Below, one piece after another: positions 31,301-44,798 of a DNA stretch of 64,000 nucleotides. The stretch lies in NCBI GenBank assembly GCA_040954595.2, contig CM082584.2, forward strand, positions 7,645,919 to 7,709,918. The letters run 5' to 3'. The stretch comes from Balanoglossus misakiensis (taxonomy: Eukaryota > Animalia > Hemichordata). The translations under genes and the position numbers were made by a program. Every line of letters starts with the position of its first letter. Position 1 is the stretch's first letter. The notes below the pieces were generated by a model. The model ran no database searches, was not told where the DNA came from, and worked only from the letters and a program-made list of their open reading frames with translations.

Positions 31301-34300
31301 CGACTTCCCGGCATTTCAAAATTTCATCGATTTGTGACAAAAACCATGGGTTATAGCTCAGGAAATCGTCCAAAAATGACAATTTTTCGACTTCCCGGCA
31401 TTTCAAAATTTCATCGATTTTTGACAAAAACCATGGGTTATAGCTCAGGAAATCGTCCGAAAATGACAATTTTTCGACTTTGCGAGATATCAAAATTTCT
31501 TCACTTTTTGACAAAAACCATGAGTTATAGCCCATGAAAATCGTCCGAAAATGACAATTTTTCGACTTTGCGAGATATCAAAATTTCTTCAATTTTCGAC
31601 AAAAACCATGGGTTATAGCTCAGGAAATCGTCCAAAAATGACAATTTTTCGACTTCCCGGCATTTCAAAATTTCATCGATTTTTGACAAAAACCATGGGT
31701 TATAGCTCAGGAAATCGTCCAAAAATGACAATTTTTCGACTTCCCGGCATTTCAAAATTTCATCGATTTTTGACAAAAACCATGGGTTATAGCTCAGGAA
31801 ATCGTCCAAAAATGACAATTTTTCGACTTCCCGGCATTTCAAAATTTCATCGATTTTTGACAAAAACCATGGGTTATAGCTCAGGAAATCGTCCAAAAAT
31901 GACAATTTTTCGACTTCCCGGCATTTCAAAATTTCATCGATTTTTGACAAAAACCAAGGGTTATAGCTCAGGAAATCGTCCAAAAATGACAATTTTTCGA
32001 CTTCCCGGCATTTCAAAATTTCAACGATTTTTGACAAAAACCATGGGTTATAGCTCAGGAAATCGTCCAAAAATGACAATTTTTCGACTTCCCGGCATTT
32101 CAAAATTTCATCGATTTGTGACAAAAACCATGGGTTATAGCTCAGGAAATCGTCCAAAAATGACAATTTTTCGACTTCCCGGCATTTCAAAATTTCATCG
32201 ATTTTTGACAAAAACCATGGGTTATAGCTCAGGAAATCGTCCGAAAATGACAATTTTTCGACTTTGCGAGATATCAAAATTTCTTCACTTTTTGACAAAA
32301 ACCATGAGTTATAGCCCATGAAAATCGTCCGAAAATGATAATTTTTCGACTTTGCGAGATATCAAAATTTCTTCACTTCTTGACAAAAACCATGGGTTAT
32401 AGCCCATGAAAATCGTCCGAAAATGACAATTTTTCGACTTCCCGGCATTTCAAAATTTCATCGATTTTTGACAAAAACCATGGGTTATAGCTCAGGAAAT
32501 CGTCCGAAAATGACAATTTTTCGACTTCCCGGCATTTCAAAATTTCATCGATTTTTGACAAAAACCATGGGTTATAGCTCAGGAAATCGTCCGAAAATGA
32601 CAATTTTTCGACTTCCCGGCATTTCAAAATTTCATCGATTTTTGACAAAAACCATGGGTTATAGCTCAGGAAATCGTCCAAAAATGACAATTTTTCGACT
32701 TCCCGGCATTTCAAAATTTCATCGATTTTTGACAAAAACCATGGGTTAAAGCTCAGGAAATCGTCCAAAAATGACAATTTTTCGACTTCCCGGCATTTCA
32801 AAATTTCATCGATTTTTGACAAAAACCATGGGTTATAGCTCAGGAAATCGTCCAAAAATGACAATTTTTCGACTTCCCGGCATTTCAAAATTTCATCGAT
32901 TTTTGACAAAAACCATGGGTTATAGCTCAGGAAATCGTCCAAAAATGACAATTTTTCGACTTCCCGGCATTTCAAAATTTCATCGATTTTTGACAAAAAC
33001 CATGGGTTATAGCTCAGGAAATCGTCCAAAAATGACAATTTTTCGACTTCCCGGCATTTCAAAATTTCATCGATTTTTGACAAAAACCATGGGTTATAGC
33101 TCAGGAAATCGTCCAAAAATGACAATTTTTCGACTTCCCGGCATTTCAAAATTTCATCGATTTTTGACAAAAACCATGGGTTATAGCTCAGGAAATCGTC
33201 CAAAAATGACAATTTTTCGACTTCCCGGCATTTCAAAATTTCATCGATTTTTGACAAAAACCATGGGTTATAGCTCAGGAAATCGTCCAAAAATGACAAT
33301 TTTTCGACTTCCCGGCATTTCAAAATTTCATCGATTTTTGACAAAAACCATGGGTTATAGCTCAGGAAATCGTCCAAAAATGACAATTTTTCGACTTCCC
33401 GGCATTTCAAAATTTCATCGATTTGTGACAAAAACCATGGGTTATAGCCCATGAAAATCGTCCGAAAATGACAATTTTTCGACTTTGCGAGATATCAAAA
33501 TTTCTTCAATTTTCGACAAAAACCATGGGTTATAGCTCAGGAAATCGTCCAAAAATGACAATTTTTCGACTTCCCGGCATTTCAAAATTTCATCGATTTT
33601 TGACAAAAACCATGGGTTATAGCTCAGGAAATCGTCCAAAAATGACAATTTTTCGACTTCCCGGCATTTCAAAATTTCATCGATTTTTGACAAAAACCAT
33701 GGGTTATAGCTCAGGAAATCGTCCAAAATGATAATTTTTCGACTTCCCGGCATTTCAAAATTTCATCGATTTTTGACAAAAACCATGGGTTATAGCTTAG
33801 GAAATCGTCCAAAAATGACAATTTTTCGACTTCCCGGCATTTCAAAATTTCATCGATTTTTGACAAAAACCATGGGTTATAGCTCAGGAAATCGTCCAAA
33901 AATGACAATTTTTCGACTTCCCGGCATTTCAAAATTTCATCGATTTTTGACAAAAACCATGGGTTATAGCTCAGGAAATCGTCCAAAAACGACAATTTTT
34001 CGACTTCCCGGCATTTCAAAATTTCATCGATTTTTGACAAAAACCATGGGTTATAGCTCAGGAAATCGTCCAAAAATGACAATTTTTCGACTTCCCGGCA
34101 TTTCAAAATTTCATCGATTTTTGACAAAAACCATGGGTTATAGTTCAGGAAATCGTCCAAAAATGACAATTTTTCGACTTCCCGGCATTTCAAAATTTCA
34201 TCGATTTTTGACAAAAACCATGGGTTATAGCTCAGGAAATAGTCCAAAAATGACAATTTTTCGACTTCCCGGCATTTCAAAATTTCATCGATTTTTGACA

Positions 34301-37300
34301 AAAACCATGGGTTATAGCTCAGGAAATCGTCCAAAAATGACAATTTTTCGACTTCCCGGCATTTCAAAATTTCATCGATTTTTGACAAAAACCATGGGTT
34401 ATAGCTCAGGAAATCGTCCAAAAATGACAATTTTTCGACTTCCCGGCATTTCAAAATTTCATCGATTTTTGACAAAAACCATGGGTTATAGCTCAGGAAA
34501 TCGTCCAAAAATGACAATTTTTCGACTTCCCGGCATTTCAAAATTTCATCGATTTTTGACAAAAACCATGGGTTATAGCTCAGGAAATCGTCCAAAAATG
34601 ACAATTTTCGACTTCCCGGCATTTCAAAATTTCATCGATTTTTGACAAAAACCATGGGTTATAGCTCAGGAAATCGTCCAAAAATGACAATTTTTCGACT
34701 TCCCGGCAATTCAAAATTTCATCGATTTTTGACAAAAACCATGGGTTATAGCTCAGGAAATCGTCCAAAAATGACAATTTTTCGACTTCCCGGCATTTCA
34801 AAATTTCATCGATTTTTGACAAAAACCATGGGTTATAGCTCAGGAAATCGTCCAAAAATGACAATTTTTCGACTTCCCGGCATTTCAAAATTTCATCGAT
34901 TTTTGACAAAAACCATGGGTTATAGCTCAGGAAATCGTCCAAAAATGACAATTTTTCGACTTCCCGGCATTTCAAAATTTCATCGATTTGTGACAAAAAC
35001 CATGGGTTATAGCCCATGAAAATCGTCCGAAAATGACAATTTTTCGACTTTGCGAGATATCAAAATTTCTTCAATTTTCGACAAAAACCATGGGTTATAG
35101 CTCAGGAAATCGTCCAAAAATGACAATTTTTCGACTTCCCGGCATTTCAAAATTTCATCGATTTTTTGACAAAAACCATGGGTTATAGCTCAGGAAATCG
35201 TCCAAAAATGACAATTTTTCGACTTCCCGGCATTTCAAAATTTCATCGATTTTTGACAAAAACCATGGGTTATAGCTCAGGAAATCGTCCAAAAATGACA
35301 ATTTTTCGACTTCCCGGCATTTCAAAATTTCATCGATTTTTGACAAAAACCATGGGTTATAGCTCAGGAAATCGTCCAAAAATGACAATTTTTCGACTTC
35401 CCGGCATTTCAAAATTTCATCGATTTTTGACAAAAACCATGGGTTATAGCTCAGGAAATCGTCCAAAAATGACAATTTTTCGACTTCCCGGCATTTCAAA
35501 ATTTCATCGATTTTTGACAAAAACCATGGGTTATAGCTCAGGAAATCGTCCAAAAATGACAATTTTTCGACTTCCCGGCATTTCAAAATTCCATCGATTT
35601 TTGACAAAAACCATGGGTTATAGCTCAGGAAATCGTCCAAAAATGACAATTTTTCGACTTCCCGGCATTTCAAAATTTCATCGATTTTTGACAAAAACCA
35701 TGGGTTATAGCTCAGGAAATCGTCCAAAAATGACAATTTTTCGACTTCCCGGCATTTCAAAATTTCATCGATTTTTGACAAAAACCATGGGTTATAGCTC
35801 AGGAAATCGTCCAAAAATGACAATTTTTCGACTTCCCGGCATTTCAAAATTTCATCGATTTGTGACAAAAACCATGGGTTATAGCTCAGGAAATCGTCCA
35901 AAAATGACAATTTTTCGACTTCCCGGCAATTCAAAATTTCATCGATTTGTGACAAAAACCATGGGTTATAGCTCAGGAAATCGTCCAAAAATGACAATTT
36001 TTCGACTTCCCGGCATTTCAAAATTTCATCGATTTGTGACAAAAACCATGGGTTATAGCTCAGGAAATCGTCCAAAAATGACAATTTTTCGACTTCCCGG
36101 CATTTCAAAATTTCATCGATTTTTGACAAAAACCATGGGTTATAGCTCAGGAAATCGTCCAAAAATGACAATTTTTCGACTTCCCGGCATTTCAAAATTT
36201 CATCGATTTGTGACAAAAACCATGGGTTATAGCTCAGGAAATCGTCCAAAAATGACAATTTTTCGACTTCCCGGCATTTCAAAATTTCATCGATTTTTGA
36301 CAAAAACCATGGGTTATAGCTCAGGAAATCGTCCAAAAATGACAATTTTTCGACTTCCCGGCATTTCAAAATTTCATCGATTTTTGACAAAAACCATGGG
36401 TTATAGCTCAGGAAATCGTCCAAAAATGACAATTTTTCGACTTCCCGGCAATTCAAAATTTCATCGATTTGTGACAAAAACCATGGGTTATAGCTCAGGA
36501 AATCGTCCAAAAATGACAATTTTTCGACTTCCCGGCATTTCAAAATTTCATCGATTTGTGACAAAAACCATGGGTTATAGCTCAGGAAATCGTCCAAAAA
36601 TGACAATTTTTCGACTTCCCGGCATTTCAAAATTTCATCGATTTTTGACAAAAACCATGGGTTATAGCTCAGGAAATCGTCCAAAAATGACAATTTTTCG
36701 ACTTCCCGGCATTTCAAAATTTCATCGATTTGTGACAAAAACCATGGGTTATAGCTCAGGAAATCGTCCAAAAATGACAATTTTTCGACTTCCCGGCATT
36801 TCAAAATTTCATCGATTTGTGACAAAAACCATGGGTTATAGCTCAGGAAATCGTCCAAAAATGACAATTTTTCGACTTCCCGGCATTTCAAAATTTCATC
36901 GATTTTTGACAAAAACCATGGGTTATAGCTCAGGAAATCGTCAAAAAATGACAATTTTTCGACTTCCCGGCAATTCAAAATTTCATCGATTTGTGACAAA
37001 AACCATGGGTTATAGCTCAGGAAATCGTCCAAAAATGACAATTTTTCGACTTCCCGGCATTTCAAAATTTCATCGATTTGTGACAAAAACCATGGGTTAT
37101 AGCTCAGGAAATCGTCCAAAAATGACAATTTTTCGACTTCCCGGCATTTCAAAATTTCATCGATTTGTGACAAAAACCATGGGTTATAGCTCAGGAAATC
37201 GTCCAAAAATGACAATTTTTCGACTTCCCGGCATTTCAAAATTTCATCGATTTGTGACAAAAACCATGGGTTATAGCTCAGGAAATCGTCCAAAAATGAC

Positions 37301-40300
37301 AATTTTTCGACTTCCCGGCATTTCAAAATTTCATCGATTTTTGACAAAAACCATGGGTTATAGCTCAGGAAATCGTCCAAAAATGACAATTTTTCGACTT
37401 CCCGGCAATTCAAAATTTCATCGATTTTTGACAAAAACCATGGGTTATAGCTCAGGAAATCGTCCAAAAATGACAATTTTTCGACTTCCCGGCATTTCAA
37501 AATTTCATCGATTTTTGACAAAAACCATGGGTTATAGCTCAGGAAATCGTCCAAAAATGACAATTTTTCGACTTCCCGGCATTTCAAAATTTCATCGATT
37601 TTTGACAAAAACCATGGGTTATAGCTCAGGAAATCGTCCAAAAATGACAATTTTTCGACTTCCCGGCATTTCAAAATTTCATCGATTTTTGACAAAAACC
37701 ATGGGTTATAGCTCAGGAAATCGTCCAAAAATGACAATTTTTCGACTTCCCGGCATTTCAAAATTTCATCGATTTGTGACAAAAACCATGGGTTATAGCC
37801 CATGAAAATCGTCCGAAAATGACAATTTTTCGACTTTGCGAGATATCAAAATTTCTTCACTTTTTAAAAAAAACCATGGGTTATAGCCCATGAAAATCGT
37901 CCGAAAATGACAATTTTTCGACTTTCCGAGATATCAAAATTTCTTCACTTTTTTGACAAAAACCATGGGTTATAGCCCATGAAAATCGTCCGAAAATGAC
38001 AACTTTTCGACTTTGCGAGATATCAAAATTTCTTCACTTTTTGACAAAAACAATGGGTTATAGCCCATGAAAATCGTCCGAAAATGACAATTTTTCGACT
38101 TTGCGAGATATCAAAGTTTCTTCACTTTTTGACAAAAACCATGGGTTATAGCCCATGAAAATCGTCCGAAAATGACAATTTTTCGACTTTGCGAGATATC
38201 AAAATTTCTTCAATTTTTGACAAAAACCATGGGTTATAGCCCATGAAAATCGTCCGAAAATGACAATTTTTCGACTTTGCGAGATATCAAAATTTCTTCA
38301 ATTTTTGACAAAAACCATGGGTTATAGCCCATGAAAATCGTCCGAAAATGACAATTTTTCGACTTTGCGAGATATCAAAATTTCTTCAATTTTTGACAAA
38401 AACCATGGGTTATAGCCCATGAAAATCGTCCGAAAATGACAATTTTTCGACTTTGCGAGATATCAAAATTTCTTCAATTTTTGACAAAAACCATGGGTTA
38501 TAGCCCATGAAAATCGTCCGAAAATGACAATTTTTCGACTTTGCGAGATATCAAAATTTCTTCAATTTTTGACAAAAACCATGGGTTATAGCCCATGAAA
38601 ATCGTCCGAAAATGACAATTTTTCGACTTTGCGAGATATCAAAATTTCTTCAATTTTTGACAAAAACCATGGGTTATAGCTCAGGAAATCGTCCAAAAAT
38701 GACAATTTTTCGACTTCCCGGCATTTCAAAATTTCATCGATTTGTGACAAAAACCATGGGTTATAGCTCAGGAAATCGTCCAAAAATGACAATTTTTCGA
38801 CTTCCCGGCATTTCAAAATTTCATCGATTTGTGACAAAAACCATGGGTTATAGCTCAGGAAATCGTCCAAAAATGACAATTTTTCGACTTCCCGACATTT
38901 CAAAATTTCATCGATTTGTGACAAAAACCATGGGTTATAGCTCAGGAAATCGTCCAAAAATGACAATTTTTCGACTTCCCGGCATTTCAAAATTTCATCG
39001 ATTTGTGACAAAAACCATGGGTTATAGCTCAGGAAATCGTCCAAAAATGACAATTTTTCGACTTCCCGGCATTTCAAAATTTCAACGATTTTTGACAAAA
39101 ACCATGGGTTATAGCCCATGAAAATCGTCCGAAAATGACAATTTTTCGACTTTGCGAGATATCAAAATTTCTTCAATTTTTGACAAAAACCATGGGTTAT
39201 AGCCCATGAAAATCGTCCGAAAATGACAATTTTTCGACTTTGCGAGATATCAAAATTTCTTCAATTTTTGACAAAAACCATGGGTTATAGCCCATGAAAA
39301 TCGTCCGAAAATGACAATTTTTCGACTTTGCGAGATATCAAAATTTCTTCAATTTTTGACAAAAACCATGGGTTATAGCCCATGAAAATCGTCCGAAAAT
39401 GACAATTTTTCGACTTTGCGAGATATCAAAATTTCTTCACTTTTTAAAAAAAACCATGGGTTATAGCCCATGAAAATCGTCCGAAAATGACAATTTTTCG
39501 ACTTTCCGAGATATCAAAATTTCTTCACTTTTTTGACAAAAACCATGGGTTATAGCCCATGAAAATCGTCCGAAAATGACAACTTTTCGACTTTGCGAGA
39601 TATCAAAATTTCTTCACTTTTTGACAAAAACAATGGGTTATAGCCCATGAAAATCGTCCGAAAATGACAATTTTTCGACTTTGCGAGATATCAAAGTTTC
39701 TTCACTTTTTGACAAAAACCATGGGTTATAGCCCATGAAAATCGTCCGAAAATGACAATTTTTCGACTTTGCGAGATATCAAAATTTCTTCAATTTTTGA
39801 CAAAAACCATGGGTTATAGCCCATGAAAATCGTCCGAAAATGACAATTTTTCGACTTTGCGAGATATCAAAATTTCTTCAATTTTTGACAAAAACCATGG
39901 GTTATAGCCCATGAAAATCGTCCGAAAATGACAATTTTTCGACTTTGCGAGATATCAAAATTTCTTCAATTTTTGACAAAAACCATGGGTTATAGCCCAT
40001 GAAAATCGTCCGAAAATGACAATTTTTCGACTTTGCGAGATATCAAAATTTCTTCAATTTTTGACAAAAACCATGGGTTATAGCCCATGAAAATCGTCCG
40101 AAAATGACAATTTTTCGACTTTGCGAGATATCAAAATTTCTTCAATTTTTGACAAAAACCATGGGTTATAGCCCATGAAAATCGTCCGAAAATGACAATT
40201 TTTCGACTTTGCGAGATATCAAAATTTCTTCAATTTTTGACAAAAACCATGGGTTATAGCCCATGAAAATCGTCCGAAAATGACAATTTTTCGACTTTGC

Positions 40301-43300
40301 GAGATATCAAAATTTCTTCAATTTTTGACAAAAACCATGGGTTATAGCCCATGAAAATCGTCCGAAAATGACAATTTTTCGACTTTGCGAGATATCAAAA
40401 TTTCTTCACTTTTTGACAAAAACCATGGGGTATAGCCCATGAAAATCGTCCGAAAATGACAATTTTTCGACTTTGCGAGATATCAAAATTTCTTCACTTT
40501 TTGACAAAAACCATGGGTTATAGCCCATGAAAATCGTCCGAAAATGACAATTTTTCGACTTTGCGAGATATCAAAATTTCTTCACTTTTTGACAAAAACC
40601 ATGGGTTATAGCCCATGAAAATCGTCCGAAAATGACAATTTTTCGACTTTGCGAGATATCAAAATTTCTTCACTTTTTGACAAAAACCATGGGTTATAGC
40701 CCATGAAAATCGTCCGAAAATGACAATTTTTCGACTTTGCGAGATATCAAAATTTCTTCAATTTTTGACAAAAACCATGGGTTATAGCCCATGAAAATCG
40801 TCCGAAAATGACAATTTTTCGACTTTGCGAGATATCAAAATTTCTTCACTTTTTGACAAAAACCATGGGTTATAGCCCATGAAAATCGTCCGAAAATGAC
40901 AATTTTTCGACTTTGCGAGATATAAAATTTCTTCACTTTTTGACAAAAACCATGGGTTATAGCCCATGAAAATCGTCCGAAAATGACAATTTTTAGACTT
41001 TGCGAGATATCAAAATTTCTTCAATTTTTGACAAAAACCATGGGTTATAGCCCATGAAAATCGTCCGAAAATGACAATTTTTCGACTTTGCGAGATATCA
41101 AAATTTCTTCACTTTTTGACAAAAACCATGGGTTATAGCCCATGAAAATCGTCCGAAAATGACAATTTTTCCACTTTGCGAGATATCAAAATTTCTTCAC
41201 TTCTTGACAAAAACCATGGGTTATAGCCCATGAAAATCGTCCAAAAATGACAATTTTTCGACTTTGCGAGATATAAAATTTCTTCACTTTTTGACAAAAA
41301 CCATGGGTTATAGCCCATGAAAATCGTCCGAAAATGACAATTTTTAGACTTTGCGAGATATCAAAATTTCTTCACTTCTTGACAAAAACCATGGGTTATA
41401 GCCCATGAAAATCGTCCGAAAATGACAATTTTTCGACTTTGCGAGATATCAAAATTTCTTCACTTCTTGACAAAAACCATGGGTTAAAGCCCATGAAAAT
41501 CGTCCGAAAATGACAATTTTCGACTTTGCGAGATATCAAAATTTATTCAATTTTTGACAAAAACCATGGGTTATGGCCCATGAAAATCGTCCGAAAATGA
41601 CAATTTTTCGACTTTGCGAGATATCAAAATTTCTTCAATTTTTGACAAAAACCATGGGTTATGGCCCATGAAAATCGTCCGAAAATGACAATTTTTCGAC
41701 TTTGCGAGATATCAAAATTTCTTCAATTTTTGACAAAAACCATGGGTTATGGCCCATGAAAATCGTCCGAAAATGACAATTTTTCGACTTTGCGAGATAT
41801 CAAAATTTCTTCAATTTTTGACAAAAACCATGGGTTATGGCCCATGAAAATCGTCCGAAAATGACAATTTTTCGACTTTGCGAGATATCAAAATTTCTTC
41901 AATTATTGACAAAAACCATGGGTTATAGCCCATGAAAATCGTCCGAAAATGACAATTTTTCGACTTTGCGAGATATCAAAATTTCTTCACTTTTTGACAA
42001 AAACCATGGGTTATAGCCCATGAAAATCGTCCGAAAATGACAATTTTTCGACTTTGCGAGATATCAAAATTTCTTCACTTTTTGACAAAAACCATGGGTT
42101 ATAGCCCATGAAAATCGTCCGAAAATGACAATTTTTCGACTTTGCGAGATATCAAAATTTCTTCACTTTTTGACAAAAACCATGGGTTATAGCCCATGAA
42201 AATCGTCCGAAAATGACAATTTTTCGACTTTGCGAGATATCAAAATTTCTTCACTTTTTGACAAAAACCATGGGTTATAGCCCATGAAAATCGTCCGAAA
42301 ATGACAATTTTTCGACTTTGCGAGATATCAAAATTTCTTCAATTTTTGACAAAAACCATGGGTTATAGCCCATGAAAATCGTCCGAAAAGGACAATTTTT
42401 CGACTTTGCGAGATATCAAAATTTCTTCAATTTTTGACAAAAACCATGGGTTATAGCCCATGAAAATCGTCCGAAAATGACAATTTTTCGACTTTGCGAG
42501 ATATCAAAATTTCTTCACTTTTTGACAAAAACCATGGGTTATAGCCCATGAAAATCGTCCGAAAATGACAATTTTTCGACTTTGCGAGATATCAAAATTT
42601 CTTCACTTTTTGACAAAAACCATGGGTTATAGCCCATGAAAATCGTCCGAAAATGACAATTTTTCGACTTTGCGAGATATCAAAATTTCTTCACTTTTTG
42701 ACAAAAACCATGGGTTATAGCCCATGAAAATCGTCCGAAAATGGCAATTTTTCGACTTTGCGAGATATCAAAATTTCTTCACTTTTTGACAAAAACCATG
42801 GGTTATAGCCCATGAAAATCGTCCGAAAATGACAATTTTTCGACTTTGCGAGATATCAAAATTTCTTCACTTTTTGACAAAAACCATGGGTTATAGCCCA
42901 TGAAAATCGTCCGAAAATGACAATTTTTCGACTTTGCGAGATATCAAAATTTCTTCACTTTTTGACAAAAACCATGGGTTATAGCCCATGAAAATCGTCC
43001 GAAAATGACAATTTTTCGACTTTGCGAGATATCAAAATTTCTTCAATTTTTGACAAAAACCATGGGTTATAGCCCATGAAAATCGTCCGAAAATGAAAAT
43101 TTTTCGACTTTGCGAGATTTCAACATTTCTTCAATTTTTGACAAAAACCATGGGTTATAGCCCATGAAAATCGTCCGAAAATGACAATTTTTCGACTTTG
43201 CGAGATTTCAACATTTCTTCACTTTTTGACAAAAACCATGGGTTATAGCCCATGAAAATCGTCCGAAAATGACAATTTTTCGACTTTGCGAGATATCAAA

Positions 43301-44798
43301 ATTTCTTCACTTTTTGACAAAAACCATGGGTTATAGCCCATGAAAATCGTCCGAAAATGACAATTTTTCGACTTTGCGAGATATCAAAATTTCTTCACTT
43401 TTTGACAAAAACCATGGGTTATAGCCCATGAAAATCGTCCGAAAATGATAATTTTTCGACTTTGCGAGATATCAAAATTTCTTCACTTTTTGACAAAAAC
43501 CATGGGTTATAGCCCATGAAAATCGTCCGAAAATGACAATTTTTCGACTTTGCGAGATATCAAAATTTCTTCACTTTTTGACAAAAACCATGGGTTATAG
43601 CCCATGAAAATCGTCCGAAAATGACAATTTTTCGACTTTGCGAGATATCAAAATTTCTTCACTTTTTGACAAAAACCATGGGTTATAGCCCATGAAAATC
43701 GTCCGAAAATGACAATTTTTCGACTTTGCGAGATATCAAAATTTCTTCACTTTTTGACAAAAACCATGGGTTATAGCCCATGAAAATAGTCCGAAAATGA
43801 CAATTTTTTGACTTTGCGAGATATCAAAATTTCTTCACTTTTTGACAAAAACCATGGGTTATAGCCCATGAAAATCGTCCGAAAATGACAATTTTTCGAC
43901 TTTGCGAGATATCAAAATTTCTTCACTTTTTGACAAAAACCATGGGTTATAGCCCATGAAAATCGTCCGAAAATGATAATTTTTCGACTTTGCGAGATAT
44001 CAAAATTTCTTCACTTTTTGACAAAAACCATGGGTTATAGCCCATGAAAATCGTCCGAAAATGACAATTTTTCGACTTTGCGAGATATCAAAATTTCTTC
44101 ACTTTTTGACAAAAACCATGGGTTATAGCCCATGAAAATCGTCCGAAAATGACAATTTTTCGACTTTGCGAGATATCAAAATTTCTTCACTTTTTGACAA
44201 AAACCATGGGTTATAGCCCATGAAAATCGTCCGAAAATGACAATTTTTCGACTTTGCGAGATATCAAAATTTCTTCACTTTTTGACAAAAACCATGGGTT
44301 ATAGCCCATGAAAATAGTCCGAAAATGACAATTTTTTGACTTTGCGAGATATCAAAATTTCTTCACTTTTTGACAAAAACCATGGGTTATAGCCCATGAA
44401 AATCGTCCGAAAATGACAATTTTTCGACTTTGCGAGATATCAAAATTTCTTCACTTTTTGACAAAAACCATGGGTTATAGCCCATGAAAATCGTCCGAAA
44501 ATGACAATTTTTCGACTTTGCGAGATATCAAAATTTCTTCAATTTTTGACAAAAACCATGGGTTATAGCCCATGAAAATCGTCCGAAAATGACAATTTTT
44601 CGACTTTGCGAGATATCAAAATTTCTTCACTTTTTGACAAAAACCATGGGTTATAGCCCATGAAAATCGTCCGAAAATGACAATTTTTCGACTTTGCGAG
44701 ATATCAAAATTTCTTCAATTTTTAACAAAAACCATGGGTTATAGCCCATGAAAATCGTCCGAAAATGAAAATTTTTCGACTTTGCGAAATATCAAAAT
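16364..44798. repeat. Satellite DNA array, about 325 head-to-tail monomers of 88 bp (type A) and 87 bp (type B)
   Basis: A: tcgactttgcgagatatcaaaatttcttca(c/a)tttttgacaaaaaccatgggttatagcccatgaaaatcgtccgaaaatgacaatttt. B: tcgacttcccggcatttcaaaatttcatcgattt(t/g)tgacaaaaaccatgggttatagctcaggaaatcgtccaaaaatgacaatttt. A dominates 16364-~20830 and ~37800-44798; B dominates ~20835-37800. Confidence 0.99.

Noticed and set aside
20804-39121. Long ORFs (up to 899 aa) of 29-aa repeats on both strands
   Set aside because: They follow from the 87-bp (29-codon) B monomer. They break at 88-bp monomers and indels, variants show no codon-position bias, and there are no unique termini or domains.
16364-44798. 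CRISPR-like array (constant blocks with a palindrome alternating with variable blocks)
   Set aside because: The variable blocks have only two main alleles rather than unique spacers; no cas genes; eukaryotic context.
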